Assembly: GCF_032444005.1 (NCBI RefSeq)
Contig: NC_091288.1
Coordinates: 224,006,001-224,070,000 of the forward strand
Direction of reading: 5' to 3'
DNA from: Ranitomeya imitator
Taxonomy: Eukaryota
DNA length: 64,000 bases
Shown one piece after another: positions 1 to 11,687 of the stretch. The position numbers were made by a program, and so were the translations under genes. Numbering within the stretch: position 1 is the stretch's first letter; every line of letters begins with the position of its first letter. The notes beneath the pieces were generated by a model. That model worked only from the letters and a program-made list of their open reading frames with translations, did not search any database and was not told where the DNA came from.

Positions 1-1317
1 ACTGTGCTAACCACTGAGCCACCGTGCTGTCCTCTACATACTGTATATAGTACTGTGCTAACCACTGAGCCACCGTGCTGTCCTCTACATACTGTATATA
101 GTACTCTGCTAACCACTGAGCCCCCGTGCTGTCCTCTACATACTGTATATAGTACTGTGCTGACCACTGAGCCACCGTGCTGTCCTCTACATACTGTATA
201 TAGTACTGTGCTAACCACTGAGCCACCGTGCTGTCCTCTACATACTGTATATAGTACTCTGCTAACCACTGAGCCACCGTGCTGTCCTCTACATACTGTA
301 TATAGTACTGTGCTAACCACTGAGCCACCGTGCTGTCCTCTACATACTGTATATAGTACAGTGCTAACCACTGAGCCACCGTGCTGTCCTCTACATACTG
401 TATATAGTACTGTGCTGACCACTGAGCCACCGTGCTGTCCTCTACATACTGTATATAGTACTGTGCTAACCACTGAGCCACCGTGCTGTCCTCTACATAC
501 TGTATATAGTACTGTGCTAACCACTGAGCCACCGTGCTGTCCTCTACATACTGTATATAGTACTGTGCTAACCACTGAGCCACCGTACTGTCCTCTACAT
601 ACTGTATATAGTACTGTGCTAACCACTGAGCCACCGTGCTGTCCTCTACATACTGTATATAGTACTGTGCTGACCACTGAGCCACTGTGCTGTCCTCTAC
701 ATGCTGTATATAGTACTGTGCTAACCACTGAGCCATTGTGCTCCCCTATGTGTAGTACGGTGCTAACCACTGAGCCATTGTGCTCCCCTACATGTAGTAC
801 TGTGCTGACCACTGAGCCACCGTGCTGTCCTCTACATACTGTATATAGTACTGTGCTAACCACTGAGCCATTGTGCTGTCCTATACATGCTGTATATAGT
901 ACTGTGCTAACCACTGAGCCATTGTGCTCCCCTATGTGTAGTACGGTGCTAACCACTGAGCCATTGTGCTGTCCTATACATGCTGTATATAGTACTGTGC
1001 TGACCACTGAGCCACCGTGCTGTCCTCTACATACTGTATATAGTACTGTGCTAACCACTGAGCCATTGTGCTCCCCTATGTGTAGTACGGTGCTAACCAC
1101 TGAGCCACTGTGCTGTCCTCTACATACTGTATATAGTACTGTGCTAACCACTGAGCCATTGTGCTCCCCTATGTGTAGTACGGTGCTAACCACTGAGCCA
1201 TTGTGCTGTCCTATACATGCTGTATATAGTACTGTGCTGACCACTGAGCCGCCGTGCTGTCCTATACATACTGTATATAGTACTGTGCTAACCACTGAGC
1301 CACTGTGCTCCCATATA
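1..1317. repeat. Minisatellite, 51-bp unit with a 42-bp variant unit interspersed in the 3' half
   Basis: Unit ACTGTGCTAACCACTGAGCCACCGTGCTGTCCTCTACATACTGTATATAGT repeats from base 1. The 17-aa and 14-aa periodicities in the ORF track reflect the two unit lengths. Confidence 0.95.
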
Positions 1318-1443
1318 TACTAAAATGCTAACTACCGAGCCAACGTGCTGCCTTTTATATAGTACAGTGCGAAAATCTGACCCACCATGCTCAACTATAC
1401 AGGGGCGTCTCACAAAACGAGAATATCATCAAAAAGTGAAGCA

Positions 1444-1645
1444 TGAGCATGAAGTGCTCTACAATGTCCTGGTAGACGGCTGCGCTTTGGTCTTGATAAA
1501 ACCCAGTGGACCTACACCAGCAGATGACATTGCTCCCCAAACCATCACTGATGGTGGAGACTTCACACTAGACCTCCAGCAGCTCGGATTGTGGCCTCTC
1601 CACTCTTCCTCCAGACTCTGGGACCTGGATTTCCAAATTAAATGC
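1444..1645 (-). mobile_element. Tc1/mariner transposase fragment
   Basis: The minus strand translates to FGN..PRVWRKSGEA..NPSCWRSSVKSPPSVMVWGAMSSAGVGPLGFIKTK..AAVYQDIVEHFM, typical of the Tc1 catalytic domain. No TIRs seen. Confidence 0.75.
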
Positions 1646-1651
1646 AGAATT

Positions 1652-2757
1652 TACCTGTATCTGTGTATACTCTTAGTGTTATCGATAGTAACTGCTATCA
1701 TTGTATCTGTTACTGTATCTGTGTATACTCTTAGTGTTATCGATAGTAACTGCCGTCATTGTATCTGTTACTGTATCTGTGTATACTCTTAGTGTTATCG
1801 ATAGTAACTGCTGTCATTGTATCTGTTACTGTATCTGTGTATACTCTTAGTGTTATGGATAGTAACTGCCCTCATTGTATCTGTTACTGTATCTGTGTAT
1901 ACTCTTAGTGTTATCGATAGTAACTGCTATCATTGTATCTGTTACTGTATCTGTGTATACTCTTAGTGTTATCGATAGTAACTGCTATCATTGTATCTGT
2001 TACTGTATCTGTGTATACTCTTAGTGTTATCGATAGTAACTGCTGTCATTGTGTCTGTTACTGTATCTGTGTATACTCTTAGTGTTATGGATAGTAACTG
2101 CCCTCATTGTATCTGTTACTGTATCTGTGTATACTCTTAGTGTTATCGATAGTAACTGCTGTCATTGTATCTGTTACTGTATCTGTGTATACTCTTAGTG
2201 TTATGGATAGTAACTGCTGTCATTGTGTCTGTTACTGTATCTGTGTATACTCTTAGTGTTATCGATAGTAACTGCCGTCATTGTATCTGTTACTGTATCT
2301 GTGTATACTCTTAGTGTTATCGATAGTAACTGCTGTCATTGTATCTGTTACTGTATCTGTGTATACTCTTAGTGTTATCGATAGTAACTGCTGTCATTGT
2401 ATCTGTTACTGTATCTGTGTATACTCTTAGTGTTATCGATAGTAACTGCTGTCATTGTATCTGTTACTGTATCTGTGTATGCTCTTAGTGTTATCGATAG
2501 TAACTGCCGTCATTGTATCTGTTACTGTATCTGTGTATACTCTTAGTGTTATCGATAGTAACTGCTGTCATTGTATCTGTTACTGTATCTGTGTATACTC
2601 TTAGTGTTATCGATAGTAACTGCTGTCATTGTATCTGTTACTGTATCTGTGTATACTCTTAGTGTTATCGATAGTAACTGCCCTCATTGTATCTGTTACT
2701 GTATCTGTGTATGCTCTTAGTGTTATCGATAGTAACTGCTGTCATTGTGTCTGTTAC
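1652..2757. repeat. Minisatellite, 58-bp unit, about 19 copies
   Basis: Unit TACTGTATCTGTGTATACTCTTAGTGTTATCGATAGTAACTGCTGTCATTGTATCTGT; period checked at 1711 and 1769. Confidence 0.95.
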
Positions 2758-2898
2758 TTATACACTGTTTCCCTTCCATTCTTTAGAAACTGGTTAGTAA
2801 ATATTCATATTATATTATCTAATCTTTGTGCGAGTCTGCTGATTGCTGTTGTACCTCTCATCCTGTGGCCGTCCCTCATCCAGATTTCAACAGTGCCA

Positions 2899-3204
2899 GC
2901 ATGTGGTTCTTACATTTATCCATATGACACACGGGGCAGCTCTGGAGAAGTTCTGGGTTCTCTCCTATAATTTAGTCTTGGGTGATAATGGTAACTGGAT
3001 GTGGTTCTTACATTTATCCATATGACACATGGAGCAGCTCTGGAGAAGCTCTGGGTTCTCTCCTATAATTTAGTCTCCAGAGATAATGGTACCAGGATGT
3101 GGTTCTTACACTTGTCCATATGACACATGGGGCAGCTCAGGAGAAGTTCGGGGTTCCCGCTTATGATTTAGTCTCCAGTGATAACAGCGTAAGGATATGG
3201 TTCT
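2899..3204. repeat. About 98-bp tandem repeat (3 copies); the fourth unit is split by an LTR insertion and resumes at 9877
   Basis: ATGTGGTTCTTACATTTATCCATATGACAC recurs near 2900, 2999 and 3097. The fourth unit GATATGGTTCT stops at 3204 and TACACTTATCC..ATATGACAC resumes at 9877. Confidence 0.75.
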
Positions 3205-3349
3205 TGTAAGGAGGTGAAGCACAAGAAGAGTCCGGGGGCCGTTACCTTCTCGGCTCTGTGCCTGGAACCATTGAGCTGTGCTACAGGTTCCCCAGGGGGC
3301 AGACTTAGACACTAGGACAGGAAGGAAGCCGGGCAGAGAGAGGGAAAGG

Positions 3350-6300
3350 TGTTATGAAAGGCAATTCAGTTCCACAATGGACATAGCGGTCAGAGCACAT
3401 ACAGTGATCTGACAATAACCCAAAATCATAGAACGAGCTCTGAGACGTGGGAACTCTGCAGACCGCAATCCCTAATCCTCTCCAAACAACACTAGAGGCA
3501 GCCGTGGATTGTGCCTAACTCTGCCTATGCAACTCGGCACAGCCTGAGAAACTAACTAGCCTGAAGATAGAAAATAAGCCTACCTTGCCTCAGAGAAATA
3601 CCCCAAAGGAAAAGGCAGCCCCCCCACATATAATGACTGTGAGTTACGATGAAAAGACAAACGTAGAGATGAAATAGATTCAGCAAAGTGAGGCCCGACT
3701 TTCTTAACAGAGCGAGGATAGGAAAGGTAACTTTGCGGTCTACACAAAACCCTAAAGAAAACCACGCAAAGGGGGCAAAAAGACCCTCCGTACCGAACTA
3801 ACGGCACGGAGGTACACCCTTTGCGTCCCATAGCTTCCAGCAAAACAATTAGACAAGCTGGACAGAAAAAATAGCAAACAAATAGCAAAGAAGAACTTAG
3901 CTATGCAGAGCAGCAGGCCACAGGAATGATCCAGGGAAAAACAAGTCCAACACTGGAACATTGACAGGAAGCCAGGATCAAAGCATTAGGTGGAGTTAAG
4001 TAGAGAAGCACCTAACGACCTCACCACATCACCTGAGGGAGGAAACTCAGAAGCCGCAGTACCTCTTTCCTCCACCAACGGAAGCTCACAGAGAGAATCA
4101 GCCGAAGTACCACTTGTGACCACAGGAGGGAGCTCTGCAACAGAATTCACAACAGTACCCCCCCCTTGAGGAGGGGTCACCGAACCCTCACCAGAGCCCC
4201 CAGGCCGACCAGGATGAGCCACATGAAAGGCACGAACAAGATCGGGAGCATGGACATCAGAGGCAAAAACCCAGGAATTATCTTCCTGAGCATAACCCTT
4301 CCATTTAACCAGATACTGGAGTTTCCGTCTTGAAACACGAGAATCCAAAATCTTCTCCACAATATACTCCAACTCCCCCTCCACCAAAACCAGGGCAGGA
4401 GGGTCAACAGATGGAACCATAGGTGCCACGTATCTCCGCAACAATGACCTATGGAATACGTTATGTATGGAAAAAGAATCTGGAAGGGTCAGACGAAAAG
4501 ACACAGGATTAAGAACCTCAGAAATCCTATACGGACCAATGAAACGAGGTTTAAACTTAGGAGAGGAAACCTTCATAGGAATATGACGAGAAGATAACCA
4601 AACCAGATCCCCAACACGAAGTCGGGGACCCACACGGCGTCTGCGATTAGCGAAACGTTGAGCCTTCTCCTGGGACAAGGTCAAATTGTCCACTACATGA
4701 GTCCAAATCTGCTGCAACCTGTCCACCACAGTATCCACACCAGGACAGTCCGAAGACTCAACCTGTCCTGAAGAGAAACGAGGATGGAACCCAGAATTGC
4801 AGAAAAATGGCGAAACCAAAGTAGCCGAGCTGGCCAGATTATTAAGGGCGAACTCAGCCAAAGGCAAAAAGGACACCCAGTCATCCTGATCAGCAGAAAC
4901 AAAGCATCTCAGATATGTTTCCAAGGTCTGATTGGTTCGTTCGGTCTGGCCATTAGTCTGAGGATGGAAAGCCGAGGAAAAAGACAAGTCAATGCCCATC
5001 CTACCACAAAAGGCTCGCCAAAACCTCGAAACAAACTGGGAACCTCTGTCAGAAACGATATTCTCTGGAATGCCATGTAAACGAACCACATGCTGGAAGA
5101 ACAATGGCACCAAATCAGAGGAGGAAGGCAATTTAGACAAGGGTACCAGATGGACCATCTTAGAAAAGCGATCACAGACCACCCAAATGACTGACATCTT
5201 TTGAGAAACGGGAAGATCTGAAATAAAATCCATAGAGATATGTGTCCAAGGCCTCTTCGGGACCGTCAAGGGCAAAAGCAACCCACTGGCACGAGAACAG
5301 CAGGGCTTAGCCCGAGCACAAATCCCACAGGACTGCACAAAAGCACGCACATCCCGCGACAGAGATGGCCACCAAAAGGATCTAGCCACTAACTCTCTGG
5401 TACCAAAGATTCCAGGATGACCAGCCAACACCGAACAATGAACCTCAGAGATAACTTTATTCGTCCACCTATCAGGGACAAACAGTTTCTCCGCTGGACA
5501 ACGATCAGGTTTATTAGCCTGAAATTTTTGCAGCACCCGCCGCAAATCAGGGGAGATGGCAGACACAATTACTCCCTCTTTGAGGATACCCGCCGGCTCA
5601 GATACACCCGGAGAGTCGGGCACAAAACTCCTAGACAGAGCATCCGCCTTCACATTTTTAGAGCCCGGAAGGTACTAAATCACAAAGTCAAAACGGACAA
5701 AAAACAACCACCAACGAGCTTGTCTAGGATTCAAGCGCTTGGCGGATTCGAGATAAGTCAAGTTCTTATGATCAGTCAAGACCACCACGCGATGCTTAGC
5801 TCCTTCAAGCCAATGACGCCACTCCTCGAATGCCCACTTCATGGCCAGCAACTCTCGGTTGCCCACATCATAATTTCGCTCAGCAGGCGAAAACTTCCTG
5901 GAAAAAAAAGCGCATGGTTTCATCACTGAGCAATCAGAAACTCTCTGCGACAAAACAGCCCCTGCTCCAATCTCAGAAGCATCAACCTCGACCTGGAACG
6001 GAAGCGAAACATCTGGTTGACACAACACAGGGGCAGAAGAAAAGCGACGCTTCAACTCTTGAAAAGCTTCCACAGCAGCAGAAGACCAATTGACCACATC
6101 AGCACCCTTCTTGGTCAAATCGGTCAATGGTTTGGCAATACTAGAAAAATTGCAGATGAAGCGACGATAAAAATTAGCAAAGCCCAGGAATTTTTGCAGA
6201 CTTTTCAGAGATGTCGGCTGAGTCCAATCATGGATGGCTTGGACCTTAACAGGATCCATCTCGATAGTAGAAGGGGAAAAGATGAACCCCAAAAATGAAA

Positions 6301-9156
6301 CCTTCTGCACACCAAAGAGACACTTTGATCCCTTCACAAACAAAGAATTAGCACGCAGGACCTGAAAAACCGTTCTGACCTGCTTCACATGAGACTCCCA
6401 ATCATCCGAGAAGATCAAAATGTCATCCAAGTACACAATCAGAAATTTATCCAGGTACTCTCGGAAGATGTCATGCATAAAGGACTGAAACACTGATGGA
6501 GCATTGGCAAGTCGGAATGGCATCACTAGATACTCAAAATGACCCTCGGGCGTATTAAATGCAGTTTTCCATTCATCGCCTCGCCTGATTCGCACCAGAT
6601 TATACGCACCACGAAGATCTATCTTGGTGAACCAACTAGCCCCCTTAATCCGAGCAAACAAATCAGATAACAATGGCAAGGGGTACTGAAATTTAACCGT
6701 GATCTTATTTAGAAGGCGGTAATCTATACAAGGTCTCAGCGAACCATCCTTCTTGGCTACAAAAAAGAACCCTGCTCCTAATGGCGACGATGACGGGCGA
6801 ATATGCCCCTTCTCCAGGGATTCCTTCACATAACTGCGCATAGCGGTGTGCTCAGGCACGGACAAATTAAACAATCGACCTTTTGGGAATTTACTACCAG
6901 GAATCAAATTGATAGCACAATCACAATCCCTATGCGGAGGTAGGGTATCGGACTTGGGCTCATCAAATACATCCCGGTAATCAGACAAGAACTCTGGAAC
7001 CTCAGAAGGGGTGGATGACGAAATTGACAGAAATGGAACATCACCATGTACCCCCTGACAACCCCAGCTGGACACCAACATGGAATTCCAATCCAATACT
7101 GGATTATGGGCTTGTAGCCATGGCAACCCCAACACGACCACATCATGCAGATTATGCAACACCAGAAAGCGAATAACCTCCTGATGAGCAGGAGCCATGC
7201 ACATGGTCAGCTGGGTCCAGTATTGAGGCTTATTCTTGGCCAAAGGCGTAGCATCAATTCCTCTCAATGGAATAGGACACTGCAAGGGCTCCAAGAAAAA
7301 CCCACAACGCTTAGCATATTCCAAGTCCATCAAATTCAGGGCAGCGCCTGAATCCACAAATGCCATGACAGAATACGATGACAAAGAGCAGATCAAGGTA
7401 ACGGACAGAAGAAATTTTGACTGTACCGTACCAATGGTGGCAGACCTAGCAAACCGCTTAGTGCGCTTAGGACAATCAGAGATAGCATGAGTGGAATCAC
7501 CACAGTAGAAACACAGCCCATTCAGACGTCTATGTTCTTGCCGTTCAACTCTGGTCAAAGTCCTATCGCACTGCATAGGCTCAGGTTTAAGCTCAGGTAA
7601 TGCAGCCAAATGATGCACAGATTTACGCTCACGCAAGCGTCGACCGATCTGAATGGCCAAAGACATAGACTCATTCAAACCAGCAGGCATAGGAAATCCC
7701 ACCATGACATCCTTAAGGGCTTCAGAGAGACCCTTTCTGAACATAGCTGCCAGCGCAGATTCATTCCATTGAGTGAGCACGGACCACTTTCTAAATTTCT
7801 GACAATATACCTCTATCTCATCCTGAGCCTGACAAAGAGCCAGCAAATTTTTTTTCTGCCTGATCCACTGAATTAGGCTCATCGTACAGCAATCCAAGCA
7901 CCAGGAAAAACGCATCGATATTACTTAATGCAGGATCTCCTGACGCAAGAGAAAATGCCCAGTCCTGAGGGTCGCCACGCAAAAAAGAAATGACGATCCT
8001 AACTGGTTGAACTGGGTCACCAGAGGAGCGAGGTTTCAAAGCCAGAAATAGTTTACAATTATTTTTGAAACTCAGAAATTTAGTTCTATCTCCAAAAAAC
8101 AAATCTGGAATAGGAATTCTCGGTTCTAACAAAGAATTCTGAACCACAAAATCTTGAATATTTTGAACTCTTGCCGTGAGCTGATCCACACATGAAGACA
8201 GACCTTTAATGTCCATTGCTACACCTGTGTCCTGAACCACCCAAATGTCTAGGGGGAAAAAAAGGCAAAACACAGTGCAAAGAAAAAAAAATGGTCTCAG
8301 AACTTCTTTTTTCCCTCTATTGAGAATCATTAGCACTTTTGGCTTCCTGTACTGTTATGAAAGGCAATTCAGTTCCATAATGGACATAGCGGTCAGAGCA
8401 CATACAGTGATCTGACAATAACCCAAAATCATAGAACGAGCTCTGAGACGTGGGAACTCTGCAGACCGCAATCCCTAATCCTCTCCAAACAACACTAGAG
8501 GCAGCCGTGGATTGTGCCTAACTCTGCCTATGCCACTCGGCACAGCCTGAGAAACTAACTAGCCTGAAGATAGAAAATAAGCCTACCTTGCCTCAGAGAA
8601 ATACCCCAAAGGAAAAGGCAGCCCCCCACATATAATGACTGTGAGTTAAGATGAAAAGACAAACGTAGAGATGAAATAGATTCAGCAAAGTGAGGCCCGA
8701 CTTTCTTAACAGAGCGAGGATAGGAAAGGTAACTTTGCGGTCTACACAAAACCCTAAAGAAAACCACGCAAAGGGGGCAAAAAGACCCTCCGTACCGAAC
8801 TAACGGCACGGAGGTACACCCTTTGCGTCCCATAGCTTCCAGCAAAACAATTAGACAAGCTGGACAGAAAAAATAGCAAACAAATAGCAAAGAAGAACTT
8901 AGCTATGCAGAGCAGCAGGCCACAGGAATGATCCAGGGAAAAACAAGTCCAATACTGGAACATTGACAGGAAGCCAGGATCAAAGCATTAGGTGGAGTTA
9001 AGTAGAGAAGCACCTAACGACCTCACCACATCACCTGAGGGAGGAAACTCAGAAGCCGCAGTACCACTTTCCTCCACCAATGGAAGCTCACAGAGAGAAT
9101 CAGCCGAAGTACCACTTGTGACCACAGGAGGGAGCTCTGCCACAGAATTCACAACA
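3350..9156 (-). mobile_element. Full-length Ty3/Gypsy chromovirus (Tf1/sushi-like) LTR retrotransposon
   Basis: LTRs 3350-4154 and 8353-9156 (TGTT...AACA, about 99% identical by eye). PPT GGGGGGGT-AC next to the 3' LTR. TSD GAAAGG at 3344-3349 and 9157-9162. Domain order gag-PR-RT-RH-IN-chromodomain. Confidence 0.97.
3986..8216 (-). pseudogene. Gag-pol polyprotein of the chromovirus, with two lesions
   Basis: Gag starts MDIKGLSS (8216). Motifs: zinc knuckle CFYCGDSTHAISDC, protease FVDSGA, RT YLDD, RNase H VDAS, integrase HHCC plus SMDF/SDRG/TERT, chromodomain YIVEKILDSR..YLVKWKGY. Lesions: +1 frameshift in an A8 run (plus-strand T8, 7848-7855) and an in-frame TAG at 5675-5677 (FDFVI*YLPGSKNVKADALSR). 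Confidence 0.93.
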
Positions 9157-9993
9157 GAAAGGCACCCGCGCAAGGAACAGAGCAGCGTGAATAGTGGTCA
9201 GAGCAGGGTGCAGCTGCGCTCCGGGAGAGAGAGAGAGCTCCCGGTCAGAGGACAATTACAGGGAAATTGCCCAGAAATACTGCATCTTGGGAGTACATGA
9301 AAGCGGACTCTGCTTTGACTGGAGAGGGGCACTTTGAGACCCGTGTAAAGACATTGGCCCGTGCAGAGACTGCGACCCCCTGGTACCCGCGGCATCAGTA
9401 CAGAGACTGTGACCCCTGGTACCCACGTTATCAGTGCAGAGCCCCTGACTTCTGGTGAGAGACTCAATAATAGACTGACCATTGTTTTCCTGGGATAGGC
9501 TGTGCTGTAAAAGCTAAAGACTCAGAGCCTGTGCATATCACATTAACTCCCGAAACCCCAGGCAGCGGGCTCCTAAAGACTACTCAGCCCACGGACAACA
9601 GAGGGACGACAAGTGCCGCTGTTTCTCGGTGCCTACATTGGAGAAGACGACCCTTCAAGCAAGTCCTCATCAGACTGATAAGTGTTCTTTTCTCAAGAAA
9701 TCCTGCTTACTTCTGTTACATCGTTTGACTCCCATATTTTTGCATTGTTTTGTTGCTAGTTATTTTCCATTGCTTCCTCCCTGCGAGGAGAACCTGATTC
9801 CTGTTATTAAACCCCTCAACTGTTGGACTGTCTGTTCCGTGATGACATAGTCAGAACCAGCATACTATTACATTCTTACACTTATCCAGATATGACACAT
9901 CTGGGAAGTAATACGTCAGGGGTTTGTTCTCGGCCTCCCATCATTGAAGTTCTGTCTTTCTTCTCTCTGTAGAGCTCTGGGACAGTGGTCATC

Positions 9994-11421
9994 ATGTCCT
10001 ACTTCTCCTGCCTGGTAAGATGTGGTCCTATCCATTCTTCCCATATTCCCCATCACATGGAGTTTGTGTCCAGACTACGGTGGTCACCATTACTCATCCA
10101 TATGCTGGCCTTCTCTCCTCAGGTCTCTGTCTTCTGCTTCCCTTTTGCTTGTTTGGGGGTCCTTTTACGTTACTCGGTATCAGTATTGGTGTCTCTGGTA
10201 AGGATGAAGTGTAACATTTATTCATTATTATTATTATTACCGCCATTATATCTGCGTCTCTCCATCCTACACAGATTTGTGGCTCCTTTTTCTCCCCTCG
10301 TGTTGTTGGGATTTTCTCACGCTCTGCCACGGTTGACTACGAGTGGCTGATGATGGCCTTGAAATCCCCCATGTTTACTGGTCTTGTGGCAGAGCCCCGG
10401 CCCGTGTACATCTCCAACAGGGACGAGTGTCACTTCCGAGAGGCCGTCCAAGACTGTGACTTTGTCATTCTATATCACACCAAGAACCGTGGGAGGATCA
10501 ACATCATCAACGTGACGGACTCCTTATACGATGAGGAGCTGACATACATGGCTTCTTCTAAAGGTAAAGTCTGGTGATGGCTGCGATTGTTCCCACGGTC
10601 ACTGGGTGGTGGCAATGATTGTACCCTGAGATCTACAAGCTCCAGCTCTGATCGAGATATCTTCCTGATGATTTCAGGTCTATTGGAAATAATCGGAACA
10701 TTTATTTTACTTTAAGGCAGGGACAATGTGATTGTTTTGGTGGATGACCTGGAGAAGAGCGACTACCAAGAGAAGCGCCGTATTCTGGATGGTCAGCCCG
10801 ATATCACAATCTACTCCCGAGACCTGATACTGGTCACTGGCAACGAGAAGCGGCACCCACATCTACTGGACCAAAAGCTGCAGGACATCAAGGCCAACAT
10901 CTCTGCTGGTAAATGGTCATTCCTGAGGATCTGGCAGGTTGTAGACGGTGAAGTATTGCCGCATGTTAGTACCATGGGGCTCCAGGCTGGAGAAACCTTT
11001 AGGGTAAATTTCAGAATAAGTGCATCAATCTCTGACTCGTCTTTGTCTCCTACAGGGTCTTGGACTACAGTGAATTTGTGGAATTATTTGGTAAGAAAAT
11101 CATCTGCAAGGTCTGGAGTTAAAATAAGTCTCTGTAAATCCTGCATTTTATCTAACCCCGTCTCTTCTGTGTTGGAAGTTTTTGCTTGTTTCGGCCCCAG
11201 GATGATTCTCTTTTATCTCTGCCGTTGACCCAAAGTACAACCAGACGTGTATGTAAGACGCGCTGACAAGTTTCCATCTCAGGGTCGCACAGGCCGAGGG
11301 GTTTCATTATATTCCCAGTGAAGCAGGTTCCTCCAGGTGTGTGCTGCCGCCTCTGTAGGTGTCGCCCTCTATAGATGCCATCGTAAGACCACACGTTCAT
11401 GTCCTCGAAGGGGACCAATAA
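9994..11421 (+). CDS. Predicted 240-aa orphan protein with hydrophobic N-terminus and TIR-like domain; coding exons 9994-10014, 10123-10197, 10275-10563, 10717-10908, 11056-11090, 11201-11248, 11359-11421
   Basis: All six introns are GT..AG with compatible phases (0,0,1,1,0,0). Spliced length 723 nt = 240 aa plus stop, with no internal stops. AATAAA near 11505. The two core exons give VVGIFSRS..DYEWLMMAL..PRPVYISN..FREAVQDCDFVILYHTKNRGRINIINVTDSLYDEELTYM..GRDNVIVLVDD..DLILVT. The small terminal exons are less certain than the core. Confidence 0.7.
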
Positions 11422-11687
11422 ATCCTTGGTAACGCCATGCCCTCTTCAACATTTCCTAGAACACTGTCATTATTTGTTCTACGTGGTGAACACTGCAAAA
11501 ACACAAATAAATAAAAAAAGAAATTGCCATTTGTGTTCATCTCCCCTCACAAAGAAACAAAGTTGTACAAATTCTAAAATGGCTCCAATTAATATTACAG
11601 CTCGTTACTCAAGGTACAAGCCCTCTGATCGCTCTGGAAATGCAACACGGAAAAAGTACAGAATGTGAACGAAAAAAAATATATATA

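Larger units (their letters stand above)
3205..9872. mobile_element. Solo LTR (about 850 bp: 3205-3349 plus 9163-9872) split by a younger Gypsy element
   Basis: TGTAA...TTACA termini; 4-bp TSD TTCT at 3201-3204 and 9873-9876; ATTAAA near 9806. Removing it restores the flanking 98-bp repeat unit. Confidence 0.75.

Noticed and set aside
4-1323. 439-aa Cys/Thr-rich repeat ORF
   Set aside because: It is a by-product of 51-bp and 42-bp units lacking a stop in one frame. There is no ATG start, splice context or non-repeat domain.
3580-3961. Hydrophobic ORFs repeated in LTRs (also 8555-8963, 25240-25563, 26246-26569)
   Set aside because: They lie inside LTR U5/R and are not conserved in sequence between the two subfamilies, so there is no evidence of coding.
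5675-5677. Programmed stop-codon readthrough in pol
   Set aside because: The TAG lies between RNase H and integrase, not at the gag-pol boundary, and replaces a normally sense codon. A simple nonsense mutation is more parsimonious.
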